A stretch of DNA of 64,000 bases. It comes from Nitrospirales bacterium. Its GTDB lineage: Bacteria; Nitrospirota; Nitrospiria; Nitrospirales; UBA8639. The position numbers and the translations under genes were made by a program. Position 1 is the first letter of the stretch, and each line of letters opens with the position of its first letter. Of this stretch, positions 42,183 to 52,486 are shown piece after piece. Location: positions 1,856,001-1,920,000 of the forward strand of contig CBDBCZ010000019.1 in assembly GCA_965203295.1 (NCBI GenBank), written 5' to 3'. The notes beneath the pieces are model-generated. The model had not been told where the DNA came from. It saw nothing but the letters and a program-made list of their open reading frames with translations, and searched no databases.

Positions 42183-42869
42183 TCAATGGGAAAAGGCGTT
42201 AAGAGGCCCGAAGTCCACTTCAACACCAGGCCCTCCCAATAAGGAGATACCCCAAGCCTTTGGCGCAGGTTCGTGTTGATGAACTTTCTTGAAATCCTCA
42301 TAAGCATTCACACGTTCTTCAATCCATTCGCCAATAAGCGAATCCCCGGATCGGGCTACGATCTCCGTAGCACCAAAAAGGCCACCATCCGTAACCGTGC
42401 CTTTGGTTTTTCTAGAGCTCCATACATACTTGGTTGCAACTGGAATAACCATTAAATCTGTATCCAGAGAAATATAAACGGCAGCAATCAGGTCTGCATC
42501 TTTTGGCACGGCTTTAGCGCGCCATCGCCATGTCACAATGGGATGCTTTCGTGGATCCCAAACAATTCGCTTATAGACTCTTTGTGTTGCTGCCTTTGCT
42601 TCAAGAAATGAGACACCCTCATCCCTTGCGAGAGCATACGTTTTTTTGGCACTGGCTAAGCTCCGTTGAGCTTCCCAACCTTCAGGAAACCCTTCCTGAT
42701 CAGCTTTCTGAAAATCCTCTATAACCAAAGACTCGATGGAACTCCCCTCCTCAGCAAATGTTCCTCCTGCTGCAACACTCAACCCAAGGAAGAGAACGAC
42801 CACGATGAAACAGAGACTCCCCTCTTTTATCCTCAACGTCTCTTTCATGACATCACAATTCCATCTCAT
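42183..42869 (-). CDS. DUF3047-like exported protein
   Basis: TWRWRA, KYVWSS, GEWIEERVNAYEDF; ATGA overlap with the upstream gene. Confidence 0.7.
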   Translation of the reverse strand: MRWNCDVMKETLRIKEGSLCFIVVVLFLGLSVAAGGTFAEEGSSIESLVIEDFQKADQEGFPEGWEAQRSLASAKKTYALARDEGVSFLEAKAATQRVYKRIVWDPRKHPIVTWRWRAKAVPKDADLIAAVYISLDTDLMVIPVATKYVWSSRKTKGTVTDGGLFGATEIVARSGDSLIGEWIEERVNAYEDFKKVHQHEPAPKAWGISLLGGPGVEVDFGPLNAFSH

Positions 42870-44761
42870 GCAGATTCCTCTCTTCCAGAGAAGGCTTGGA
42901 CCATTGGACTCTTGTCTGAATGTACAAGGACCTGTTCTTTCGTTACCCGACGATCAAGACTACTTAACCAAAACACGAAAAACACGGAAGCCCAAAACAC
43001 CACCATATTCAATGTGACCATTTTAGCTGCAAATCCTAAAGTAGGAGTAAATGCCCATGGAGACAAATCTGGCATGAGCTCGTTCACATGCCAGCCCAAA
43101 CGTCCAGCCGACCGAATGTACCCCATGAGCCCCATGACCCAAGTAAAGGCTGCTGCCACCCCGAATAATGCGACCATTCCACGAACCGAAATTTTCCCCC
43201 ACCGGATCGGGCCTCTGACAAGCGCGCCTTTCATCATGAGTCGATTGAGCCACAAACCAGCAACCAGGACAGTGGCTGTGGTGATCCCCTGAGGAACAGA
43301 GAGTCCCACTCGAACCTGAGCTGGAATAAAAAACCCATAAATGGCCAACCAGAGGATATTCGCGATCCCCAGAACAAATAGTCCTCCTAAGACGAAGTTT
43401 CCAGCCCGAGCCCAGAGAATTGTCACCACACGATTGGCCCGCCGGTAGAGCAGATAACTCAACGCGGTAAGACATATCATAATATTAATGGCACCATTTT
43501 TTGCGGACATCACGCCAAACTGCCCAATCACGGGATGTTGAGCTGCACCCATGGCCTTCATTTCACTTGGAGACATCGCAATAGTATGGGGAGTAAACCA
43601 CACAAAAAAACAAACCATTAATCCGTAGACAATGACCTTAAAGAAAGGTTGGAAGCGTTCTCCCCCAGTGATCCGATACATAGATTGCCAAATATAATAA
43701 TTGATCCCAAGGAAAAGGACCCCTATCGTCATGGCCTGTACTACAAATAACCAAGACAGAAGCCCACCCATCATCGTAATACCCATCTCCTGGCGAAACT
43801 CAAAAACGGCCCGCATTAGCCAATAACCAGCAAATGGCATCGGAAGGAGCGCACACACCACAACCACGATAAAGACATACCCAACCCAATCATAATAGGC
43901 TTTCTCATCTTCTGACCGTGAGCTCAAAAAACGGTATGCCGCATACGCAACCACCACCGCCCCCCCTGACATAAGATCTGCCAAGAATCGATGCGCATTT
44001 AAAGGATTCCACAAGGGGGAATGCAACAGATTCCACACGTTTCCTAGAAACCGGCCTTCGACATCAACTCCGGAAGGGGCCATCATGAAAGAAGCCCATC
44101 CATTGGCCAAAAGCAACAGAACCACTCCCATGGCATTGGCTAGAATACCGACAGCCATATGGACCCATTTTTGAACGCGTGTCGCTAAGCGATCCCAGCT
44201 ATAATAATACAAAACCAAAAAAAGCGATTCCACGACGAACACCGCAGCATACAATGGCATCATACCTTTAAAGGTTGAGCCCATATACTGCATAAAACCG
44301 GGGTAGAGAGTGATAAACAGGACCAGCATGAAACTCCCAAGGACGGCGGTAAAAGACATAGATAGTAAAGCGACACGAAGTATGTCGCGGGCTAATCCAT
44401 CGTATCGTTTGGCCGATTCTTCTTCACGTCGAGACAACCCCATAAACTCCAAAAAAACGGCAAATAACGGCAGCGCAAGAACAAAACCGCCAAAGTATGT
44501 ATGTTGCTGAGTGACGACCCAAACTAAGAGCCGATTATTGACCAGTTGATATTGTGAATAGGAAGAGGGAACTTCTTCCATAGCTGGTCCCACGGGAGTC
44601 CCCTCTATTTGATAATACACATCCTTGCCGGGCTCCCCACTAATGATAGGTTCTGCACATGCCACTAGCGGTAAGCCAATACTATTGATCATCAGTATAG
44701 GGCTCAGATTCAAAAGCAAGAATGCGAATGCGATTCTAGAGATCCAGCGCCAATTGCCCAT
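42866..44761 (-). CDS. Cytochrome bd-like oxidase subunit (CydA-related), copy 2
   Basis: Collinear with copy 1 (QQHTYFGGF, LWNPLNAHRFL, GVMSAKNG, GLMGYIRS); start moved to ATG 44761 to remove the overlap. Confidence 0.88.
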   Translation of the reverse strand: MGNWRWISRIAFAFLLLNLSPILMINSIGLPLVACAEPIISGEPGKDVYYQIEGTPVGPAMEEVPSSYSQYQLVNNRLLVWVVTQQHTYFGGFVLALPLFAVFLEFMGLSRREEESAKRYDGLARDILRVALLSMSFTAVLGSFMLVLFITLYPGFMQYMGSTFKGMMPLYAAVFVVESLFLVLYYYSWDRLATRVQKWVHMAVGILANAMGVVLLLLANGWASFMMAPSGVDVEGRFLGNVWNLLHSPLWNPLNAHRFLADLMSGGAVVVAYAAYRFLSSRSEDEKAYYDWVGYVFIVVVVCALLPMPFAGYWLMRAVFEFRQEMGITMMGGLLSWLFVVQAMTIGVLFLGINYYIWQSMYRITGGERFQPFFKVIVYGLMVCFFVWFTPHTIAMSPSEMKAMGAAQHPVIGQFGVMSAKNGAINIMICLTALSYLLYRRANRVVTILWARAGNFVLGGLFVLGIANILWLAIYGFFIPAQVRVGLSVPQGITTATVLVAGLWLNRLMMKGALVRGPIRWGKISVRGMVALFGVAAAFTWVMGLMGYIRSAGRLGWHVNELMPDLSPWAFTPTLGFAAKMVTLNMVVFWASVFFVFWLSSLDRRVTKEQVLVHSDKSPMVQAFSGREESA

Positions 44762-44765
44762 TGAC

Positions 44766-45845
44766 TTAAACACAATTTCCTTCTGATGAACCTGTCGCTG
44801 TCTGAGTCGAAACAAGTCCCGACTTGACAACACCAACTTTGGTCAACATCTCCATGACGAAAGGGCATGCCTTCAGATTTTCTGGAATGTCTTGTTGATC
44901 CTGACATTCTACAAATTTACGATTGCCTAAATAGTAACAATAGGCCGTTAATAACCCAGTCGTTATCCCTCCGATACAAACCTGAACAAAACCCTGGGAA
45001 AGGTCAAGTTGAAAGACATAGGTGACGATACCAACCTGGACTAAATAATACGTCACGGCAAAAGTCAGACATGGCCAAATCCAAAACCGCCCTAACTCAA
45101 ACCACCCCGCATGCTGAAAACGATCCGACCAATGTTCCTGCTGACGTTCACCAGCTAAAAACGCCCCATACGCGAAGCAGGCCGCCATGGTTCCCACCAC
45201 AAGAGGACCGATCCATTCTAACTGGGTAAAAGTGTGAAAGAGAGACATGACGAGAGAAGTCGAAATTCCTATGATGGTCCCAACCAAGGCCCACCACCTT
45301 ATGGGGGTGTGGTTCATTTTGACCATTTGCCAAAACGCCTTTCCATCGGGAAATGTCATGACAGACTCCCCACCCTTTTCAAGCCGGCGTAAATGGCCAA
45401 TTTCAAATGCGTCACGCGTCACAGCCGTACAGGCTATAATCAATGCCATCATAGCTGGTCCTTCTGGATGAAGGAGAAAATCATAGTTGACGAAGAGTTT
45501 TAGCAACGCCAAGACCAAGAGAGACAGCAAGATTCCATACCCCAATCCTACCCATCCTACCAACCATCTGAGTCGAGCGAACCCATCCTCATGAACTGCA
45601 GTTTGAAGCGATACTCCACGCCCCACACGATAGGCCCACAAAGCTGAAAGAGAAGAAAGCCCTCCGCTCAACAGAAGCAAGAGCACTGGGGAAGAGAGTG
45701 GGAAAACTCCTTTCAGGAGTCGGTAGATGCCAAAAGCGACCAAGCCAGGGACCAACATGGTCAATCGTTTCCGTCGCCGAACTGATTTCTCGGTCACGAG
45801 GGCATTGAGTTTAGGCAGAATGCGAAGGGAGAGTCGATGAAGCAT
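44766..45845 (-). CDS. Polytopic membrane protein of unknown function
   Basis: About eight TM segments; C-terminal CPF motif. Confidence 0.7.
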   Translation of the reverse strand: MLHRLSLRILPKLNALVTEKSVRRRKRLTMLVPGLVAFGIYRLLKGVFPLSSPVLLLLLSGGLSSLSALWAYRVGRGVSLQTAVHEDGFARLRWLVGWVGLGYGILLSLLVLALLKLFVNYDFLLHPEGPAMMALIIACTAVTRDAFEIGHLRRLEKGGESVMTFPDGKAFWQMVKMNHTPIRWWALVGTIIGISTSLVMSLFHTFTQLEWIGPLVVGTMAACFAYGAFLAGERQQEHWSDRFQHAGWFELGRFWIWPCLTFAVTYYLVQVGIVTYVFQLDLSQGFVQVCIGGITTGLLTAYCYYLGNRKFVECQDQQDIPENLKACPFVMEMLTKVGVVKSGLVSTQTATGSSEGNCV

Positions 45846-45924
45846 CAGAACCCGTTATGCCAAAATTGAGTGGATCAACTGAACAAACTCTGAGAGAGTG
45901 TCCGGACCGTTCACTTCCAAATGA

Positions 45925-46407
45925 TTATTTCGCTGAAGCGGCCATACCAAAATACCGAGCTTTCACTTCTTCCATTAAAGAAACCGTAACCTCTGACATC
46001 CCACGATCAATTGCGGTTCGTTCTAGCTCAACACGTGCCAGAGCCCTAATGACGGATGGGACCCTTGCCAGCCGACTTTCTGCCTCAGCATTCCACTCAA
46101 CGGCCCCATGGTTTTGAGCTTCTGTGTAGGTCCCGAACGAAATCAGGCTCACGTCTTTATTTCGTGCATACTGCTCAACCTCCTTCCGAACCAAAGGCTC
46201 TACATAAGGGGGCAACCGATCAAGAGCATGGAGCGCTTCGTCTGTCCACACCACTTGACAGGCAAAGGTGGCTGCTTCCTTTGGATCGACCTCAATACCC
46301 AGTCGCAGATCACAGGGAAGGCATTCATACTGCACGAAACATGTCGCGTCCTCATACTCCTCAACCCTTTGGACGACCAAGGATTGGCCACAAACACAAT
46401 GGATCAT
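45925..46407 (-). CDS. Protein with two PCP_red-like domains and an N-terminal Cys motif
   Basis: CVC...CLPC, then WTDEALHALDRLPPYV and WNAEAESRLARVPSVIR repeats. Confidence 0.75.
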   Translation of the reverse strand: MIHCVCGQSLVVQRVEEYEDATCFVQYECLPCDLRLGIEVDPKEAATFACQVVWTDEALHALDRLPPYVEPLVRKEVEQYARNKDVSLISFGTYTEAQNHGAVEWNAEAESRLARVPSVIRALARVELERTAIDRGMSEVTVSLMEEVKARYFGMAASAK

Positions 46408-46411
46408 GCCT

Positions 46412-47128
46412 CTACCCAACTTTTCCCGGATACAGAATGTATAACATGATATACGTGACGGTCCCGGTCACAAACAACACGCAGTAAAGGGCCATAGTAA
46501 ATCGGCCAAGCACCCGATGCCGCCGTTCCCCATTCGGCCAAATGCGCTGAATCGTTATTTCAACGCCAAACACGATCGCAATCAAAATCAGCAATCCCAA
46601 GTACACACTGAGTTTACCCAAGGAAAACCCGGCTGTGACAACGCGTGATAAAAACAAAAGGAGTACGACCGTTGTCACGCCACCCAAGATCATCACAATT
46701 CGCTTCCATGTCGTTTGCAGGAGAGCATCCTTAAGCATGCGTTTACCATCAATAAACATCTGCGTACGGAAGCCCAGGACAATCATATAAATCGCCATGA
46801 TGAGGCCAATGATGACGAGAATAATATGGAAAGTCAGCAAAGGAACAAACACATTGTCGTAAAGAGCTTGAGGCCCTCCGAACCCTTCCTTACCCTCAAA
46901 AGCCAACACCCCAAGTTGGCGAAACAAATAGTAGCTGGTGAAAAACGCCAACATGGCGACCATTCCTCCCAGCATAAACCAATGATGCCCCGTCGACCTC
47001 CCTTTTCTGGCTTGAAACCACCCCACCACAAACAACGCAGTAAAAAAGGTGGCCATAAATTGGCTAATGTCTGCGCCCATCGTTGCGTGCGTTCCAACAA
47101 ACCCAGGGTCTTTTAACCATTCAGCCAC
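46412..47128 (-). CDS. DUF420-family membrane protein
   Basis: HHWFML, FEGKEGFGG, LTFHIIL, HRVLGR, TGTVTY. Confidence 0.75.
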   Translation of the reverse strand: MAEWLKDPGFVGTHATMGADISQFMATFFTALFVVGWFQARKGRSTGHHWFMLGGMVAMLAFFTSYYLFRQLGVLAFEGKEGFGGPQALYDNVFVPLLTFHIILVIIGLIMAIYMIVLGFRTQMFIDGKRMLKDALLQTTWKRIVMILGGVTTVVLLLFLSRVVTAGFSLGKLSVYLGLLILIAIVFGVEITIQRIWPNGERRHRVLGRFTMALYCVLFVTGTVTYIMLYILYPGKVG

Positions 47129-48128
47129 TGGCTTTTCCCTCAACGGATCCGAGTCGACTGCCTTCCAATACGGCGTTGGGTTCTATTTCCGTTATAGAAT
47201 TGAAGCCAGCCTCTTCCATCCATTTCCTTGTTTCTTCCACTGTAAAACATTCCCCTTGTTCGGTGTTGATCATGATGTGGACCGCAAAGGCAGTGGTCCA
47301 CGCAGGACTCGTCCCCATAGAATCAAGGAACCGGTCTTTGATGACAAGTCGCCCACCGTCATCAAGATGATCAAAGACTTTCTTGACCAATGCAGCATTG
47401 GTTTCAGCGTTTTGATAGTGAAGGATATCAGACATGAGTGCCAGGTCATAGGCACCGGAAAAAGAATCGACATGAAAATCGCCTGCAACTAAACGGATCC
47501 GTCCCTCCAACCCTGCTTCCTGTACGGCTCGTTGGGTCACCTTGAGAGTTTGCGGCAAATCAAACACCGTGGCAGTCAGCTCAGGATACTCTTGGCAAAA
47601 CGCGATGGCGTTCGTGCCAGCTCCTCCTCCCACATCGAGGACACGTCGAGCCCCATTGAGATTCAGCCGCTTGGCAAGGGTGGGGCCACTCCCCTGTCCA
47701 ATCCGATGAAGGACCGCCAACACATTGGCCCCCATTTCGGGATCCGTCTCAAACACATGTTGGCTCACGGGCGAACGGCCTGTACGAATGGTTTCTTCTA
47801 ATTTACCCCAATTTTCCCATTCGGCATCATGGAGAAGTAACAGGTGCCCGAAATATTCTTTAGATGATCGCACCAAATGTTTTTCCGATACGGTGGTATT
47901 GGAATACCGATCCCCTTCCTTCACTAACACCCTCATTACCACAAGAGCATTCAACAAAAGAGTGAGGGGCCGCTGGTAAACTTGTAGGCGTTCGGCAATT
48001 TCAGCAGCCGAGAAAGCTGCTCCGCCTAGAGCGGAAAACACATCGAGTTTGGCGGCTGTCAGAAGAATTTTAGTTTCCCAGTAGTATCCAAGCTGGAAAA
48101 CCTCCGCGAGTGAAAGTTCTCGTAACAC
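47121..48128 (-). CDS. SAM-dependent O-methyltransferase (dimerisation + Methyltransf_2 domains)
   Basis: AAKLDVF, LDVGGGAG, VFDLP, AGDF, SDILH. Confidence 0.9.
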   Translation of the reverse strand: MLRELSLAEVFQLGYYWETKILLTAAKLDVFSALGGAAFSAAEIAERLQVYQRPLTLLLNALVVMRVLVKEGDRYSNTTVSEKHLVRSSKEYFGHLLLLHDAEWENWGKLEETIRTGRSPVSQHVFETDPEMGANVLAVLHRIGQGSGPTLAKRLNLNGARRVLDVGGGAGTNAIAFCQEYPELTATVFDLPQTLKVTQRAVQEAGLEGRIRLVAGDFHVDSFSGAYDLALMSDILHYQNAETNAALVKKVFDHLDDGGRLVIKDRFLDSMGTSPAWTTAFAVHIMINTEQGECFTVEETRKWMEEAGFNSITEIEPNAVLEGSRLGSVEGKASG

Positions 48129-48243
48129 TTAAACTCTCAATATTACAGAATTTTCTCCTCGACCTTGTACAGAAAATTTGATCTTAACGAGGTCCAAGAT
48201 CTAAACGCAAGTTAGGAGGAATGATCTTTACAGAACTTTGGCC

Positions 48244-48281
48244 AAAAAAAAGGCAGCGGCTCAAAGAGCACAATGCCTTTT
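48244..48281 (-). terminator. Putative intrinsic terminator
   Basis: AAAAGGCA..GCTC-aaa-GAGC..TGCCTTTT with a T-tract on the minus strand. Confidence 0.55.
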
Positions 48282-48325
48282 CATTTTGGTATTCAGAAAA
48301 CTGAACGTCTAAATAAAATTCTGAG

Positions 48326-49144
48326 TTACTTTATCTCATGGTTCGCTTCAACCGTTCCACCATCTTTCACATCAACCTCAATTACAATGGCTTTTTTACC
48401 TTTGTGGGTATTTGCCGCAACAACAGGATGCCAGATTAACAGTTTATGCTTTCCGGCCGGGACATCCTTGATTTCAAAAGTCCCATCGGCGCCAGACCTC
48501 GCGTAATGAGGATTACTCACAGGGAGGTACCAGCCCTGCATAAATTCATGTTGATCACATTGGAGCCGCATGACTGACCCTTTCTTCGCCATTCGCATTT
48601 TGATGGTTTTTTTCAAGCTGTCGCCTTTTTTGGCTAACCCAATGTTAAAAAGCGTAGAGCTTTTTGCCCCCAACTTATCAAAGCTATGTGGGTTGTGAAG
48701 CACCCCTTCTTTGGATTTGGGATCATCAGGATCTGCATCAGTATTTTCGACATAGAATTTGCCTTTGTTCGCAAGCACTCCGGTAAAGGGAAGGAATTCG
48801 CAGAGCTTAGCAATGACCTCCTGCGGTGATTCTTTCTTGAATCCTTTGGTCCAAGCCTTATCTTTTATATCTGATACATACACAATGACGTTTTTGAGGC
48901 CTTTGCTCCTGTCCACTTCAACCTCCTTTAAGAGACGGGTTTCACCATCAGCGCTCTTACTGGAATTTTTTTTGCAAAACTCAACATTCGGGAACTTCGA
49001 AAAGGCAAATTCTTTGGGAGCAGGAACCTTTCCAGAAAAGGTGACCTTTCCTTTAATGGTCCCGCCTGCCTGAGCAATCAGCGGGGCTGCGACCAAAGCA
49101 CCCCCTACGAGAAGAGACAAAGATAGGGATTGCCGAACTCTCAT
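48326..49144 (-). CDS. Exported carboxypeptidase-regulatory-like/cupredoxin-like protein
   Basis: Signal peptide, GTIKGKV, CEFLP, HNPH, QCDQHEFM, DGTFEIKDVPAG, WHP. Confidence 0.8.
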   Translation of the reverse strand: MRVRQSLSLSLLVGGALVAAPLIAQAGGTIKGKVTFSGKVPAPKEFAFSKFPNVEFCKKNSSKSADGETRLLKEVEVDRSKGLKNVIVYVSDIKDKAWTKGFKKESPQEVIAKLCEFLPFTGVLANKGKFYVENTDADPDDPKSKEGVLHNPHSFDKLGAKSSTLFNIGLAKKGDSLKKTIKMRMAKKGSVMRLQCDQHEFMQGWYLPVSNPHYARSGADGTFEIKDVPAGKHKLLIWHPVVAANTHKGKKAIVIEVDVKDGGTVEANHEIK

Positions 49145-49497
49145 AATCCTTCCTCCTAATTGAGAATAAATATTGACCTACAGAGGGTGGAGTAGAAAAC
49201 AGCGACTTCCAAACAATATCTTTTAATATCTTTCTTTCTCGCCTCAAACACCCTTCTTAGCATTTACCCATATGGGGAAGACGCATTACATCTCACTTTT
49301 AAACCTACTTTTTATATAACAAGAAGGTTTTGTGGGTGTCAAGTCAATAGAGGGGCACATTAGAAATCTTTAGAAAGAGAGCGCAAACAATGATTTATAA
49401 GCTCCCCTTATTCTATTTTCAAATAGATCAATGGCTTATGTCGCGTGACTCAAAAATACTGGAGAAACTTGGACGACAAAAAGAAATGAAATCCCGC

Positions 49498-50874
49498 TCA
49501 ATATTTAGATTGTGAGACAAACTGTTGAGAAAGGATCCGACCCAGGGCACCACCTGCGGTGGCACGCACAGCTTCATTCTTATCCTTCAAGGCCGTTTTC
49601 AATAAAGGAGTCACCTCCCTACCCCCTACACGACCTAATGACCGGACGGCCGAAATGCGGGGTTTGGGGACTGAATCTTGGAGCAATAACGCAAGGGGCC
49701 CAACCACATCACGGCTTCGTCCATTTGCAAGGGCACGAGCCACACTTGATCGTTCGCCTGGATTACGACTTTGCATTAACCCCGTCACAGTTTTGGCTAC
49801 CATACTGTAAGGACTATTCAGACGTAATAGAGCATCGACAGCCGCCGCTCGGACTCCAGAATTGGGATCCTTCAAAGCTCTGGTCAACGCAGGGACGGCC
49901 TTTTCGGCTTTGAGCTTTCCCAGGGTCACAGCCGCCACACTCCGTACAGCAGGTATGGGTTCTGATAAAATAGGAATCAGGACAGGAACCGCATCAGGCA
50001 TAGCTAGTTTCCCAAGAGAAGCAATGGCCGCAGCCCGAATGGAGGGTTGCCGATCCTCAAGCCTCCTTTTTAAGATTGGGAAAGCTCGAGAATCTCCTAT
50101 TTCTCCTAGCATTTTGAGAGCAGCTCCACGCTCATACCCTTCCTCAACCTTCGCAGCCCTTTCAATTTTTTTCCAATATTGAGATTCCCCCAACATCACG
50201 AGGGCTCCAGCAGCAGTAACTTGAACCACCACTTCCTTATCCTTTAACGCTGCTTTAATCACAGGAATAAAACTTTTGTCACCGGATCGGCCCAATCCCT
50301 TTAAGACCGCCGCCCGGACAAGACCAGCCTGATCCTTTAGGGCTTGTTGAAATCGTTTAGATCGCACACCAGCCGGAAATTTGCCCAATCCTTCGGCAAC
50401 AAGTGCCAGGACCATTCCGGTCCCATCACTGAGCCCATCCTCAAAATAGGGAACGACATCGTCGGAATGAATTTCTTTCAGAGCGGTATAAGCCGCTCCT
50501 CGGACTTGCTCACGCATGTCACTACGAAATGGAAGAATGCTGTTGATGGCGAGTTCCCGCAGTAACAGCTCATCCTCCCGACCTAATTCTTTTCTATACT
50601 GCTCATATTCAGTGACCCCTTCTTGCGTTTTCCCAATATTGACAAGACTCAAAATTTTCATCCTGCGAAGTTCTGCTGATTGGGGTTGGGCATCGAGAAG
50701 AGGCTTTAGTAATTCCAGCGTTCCGATGTACTCTCCGTTGGCAAAAGTCTCTTGGACCTTGGAACGTGGCTCCTTTGATGAGGATTGGGTCGTCTCCCCA
50801 ATAGCCACACTCCACAAGAGAAGAGAGGCAGAAACAAAACCAACTATTAAACGTAAAATGGGAAAAAAACTCAT
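49498..50874 (-). CDS. Exported HEAT-repeat protein
   Basis: Signal peptide; repeated LxDxxxxVRxAAxxxLG units. Confidence 0.9.
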   Translation of the reverse strand: MSFFPILRLIVGFVSASLLLWSVAIGETTQSSSKEPRSKVQETFANGEYIGTLELLKPLLDAQPQSAELRRMKILSLVNIGKTQEGVTEYEQYRKELGREDELLLRELAINSILPFRSDMREQVRGAAYTALKEIHSDDVVPYFEDGLSDGTGMVLALVAEGLGKFPAGVRSKRFQQALKDQAGLVRAAVLKGLGRSGDKSFIPVIKAALKDKEVVVQVTAAGALVMLGESQYWKKIERAAKVEEGYERGAALKMLGEIGDSRAFPILKRRLEDRQPSIRAAAIASLGKLAMPDAVPVLIPILSEPIPAVRSVAAVTLGKLKAEKAVPALTRALKDPNSGVRAAAVDALLRLNSPYSMVAKTVTGLMQSRNPGERSSVARALANGRSRDVVGPLALLLQDSVPKPRISAVRSLGRVGGREVTPLLKTALKDKNEAVRATAGGALGRILSQQFVSQSKY

Positions 50875-50888
50875 AACCTCTTCCCCCT

Positions 50889-51557
50889 TTATCCAGCCCG
50901 CGGTTCTATCCCTTGAGCGTCCAACTTTTTATATCCAAGGGGTGTTTCAAAGTAGTAGTCCGGCTGTTTTGAATTGACAATATGTTCATATACCACGGAC
51001 CAGTCCCGGTCTTGGCTCAAGAGTTTCAGTAAGAGACCTCGCTCAGCATCCACCCATTCATAGTATTTTTCCGTTTGACTATCTCGAGAGACTACGACTT
51101 CAAATAATTCTGCGGGTCGTCCGCCGGCCATCGATTCACCGATTAAGGTTCGGCTAGTTTCCCCATCAAGTCTAACCGAAAATGGGAGCAGAACCTCAAC
51201 GGTCAATGGGACGGAAACCACCAAACGACGTTTAGAAAGCACATACCACACCTTTTGTTCATCAAGTCGTACAATCATGACACCAGCATACCCAAGGTCA
51301 GTTTTTATCCCTCCAAAATGTTCAATTCGGTACCGATCTTTTTTGACGAACAGTTGTGCTCTTGAAGTTTTTCCATCAACTCGCCATGTCAACCTAGCTG
51401 AAAACTCATATTCAGTGTTGTCCTTGGCAATAGAGGAATCAGAGGAATAGGCAGTAGAAGCCAGAGTGAATTCAAATAGGGAAGAAAGAGAAACGGCAAG
51501 AATAACCCAACGGGATGACAAATGAAGTTCCCTAAGCAAGGGACAAACCCAAACCAT
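50889..51557 (-). CDS. Exported hypothetical protein (beta-rich, possibly LolA/DUF4412-like)
   Basis: Signal peptide; DRYRIE, EWVD, YFETPLGY. Confidence 0.65.
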   Translation of the reverse strand: MVWVCPLLRELHLSSRWVILAVSLSSLFEFTLASTAYSSDSSIAKDNTEYEFSARLTWRVDGKTSRAQLFVKKDRYRIEHFGGIKTDLGYAGVMIVRLDEQKVWYVLSKRRLVVSVPLTVEVLLPFSVRLDGETSRTLIGESMAGGRPAELFEVVVSRDSQTEKYYEWVDAERGLLLKLLSQDRDWSVVYEHIVNSKQPDYYFETPLGYKKLDAQGIEPRAG

Positions 51558-51559
51558 AG

Positions 51560-52473
51560 TTATTGCCGTTCGACAAGAGGATCAATGGTAAGAGGTCGAC
51601 CGAGTGCTTCAAGGCCAAAACGGGGAGGTCTCATGACAGTATGAGCCGTTCAGCGCCCAACGGGCGAAGGAAGTTTAAAATGAACAATGAGGTCTTCACC
51701 TGGTTTTATTATCACTCTTTTCTTGATCTCTTGTTTAATACTAGGATACCAAGCCCGAAGGTTATAAGAGCCTGGTGGAATGTGATCAATGAAAAATTGG
51801 CCTTTTAGATCGGTCATCACATAATAGGGATTGTCAACCGCAATGGCCAAACTTTCCATGTAGGCGTGAAAGCCACACTGCATCACAAAGGTCCGCCTAC
51901 CTTTTTGCAAATTAAATTGTCGAACAAGCGATTTACTCGGCTTGTGGTTATGTGTTGCGTGGAGATCTCCTCGTTGATGGCGGTGATTAAGGGCAACGGA
52001 GAGTTAAATAATATCCTCGTTCCTTGAGTTCGAGACGTTTCATAAGCTTGTATATCATGCATAACGGGGTCCATGTTTATGACTTCCACCCCATGACCGC
52101 TTCGAACAACGGTTGTAAAGGGAAGAAATTGACAGTCGCGAGCCTCCACCCGAGGGATGGAAAGAGCAAAGGGCTTTCCTGATTCAACTCCTTCTAGGAG
52201 AACAACCACATCTCCAACTTTTCCTTCTTTGTTGACGGTAAAGTCCCGCAAAAGCCTCCATCCCTCTCCATTCGAAATACGTCCACAATATTCAGGGTCA
52301 GGATAAGTCACAAGATTATAGGCTTTTTGGTCTGGTGGGGCACCTTCCAAGATTACCGTACCCCGAATGGTCCTTCCATCTGAGACGTCCTTGACTTCAT
52401 AGGCAAAAACCTGCCAAGCGGAAAGGATCATCCAACAGACCAGCAAACAACTCAGACTCGGACTATTTCGCAT
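51560..52473 (-). pseudogene. Disrupted paralogue of the 52487-53404 cupredoxin-like protein
   Basis: A 1-bp deletion near 51989-51990 and an in-frame TGA at 51650-51652. The repaired frame aligns to the neighbouring paralogue through to TAA 51560. Confidence 0.85.
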
Positions 52474-52486
52474 ATGTCACCAGAAA

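Noticed and set aside
51650..51652. In-frame TGA as selenocysteine or programmed readthrough
   Set aside because: It aligns to Arg in the paralogue, and the gene also has a frameshift.
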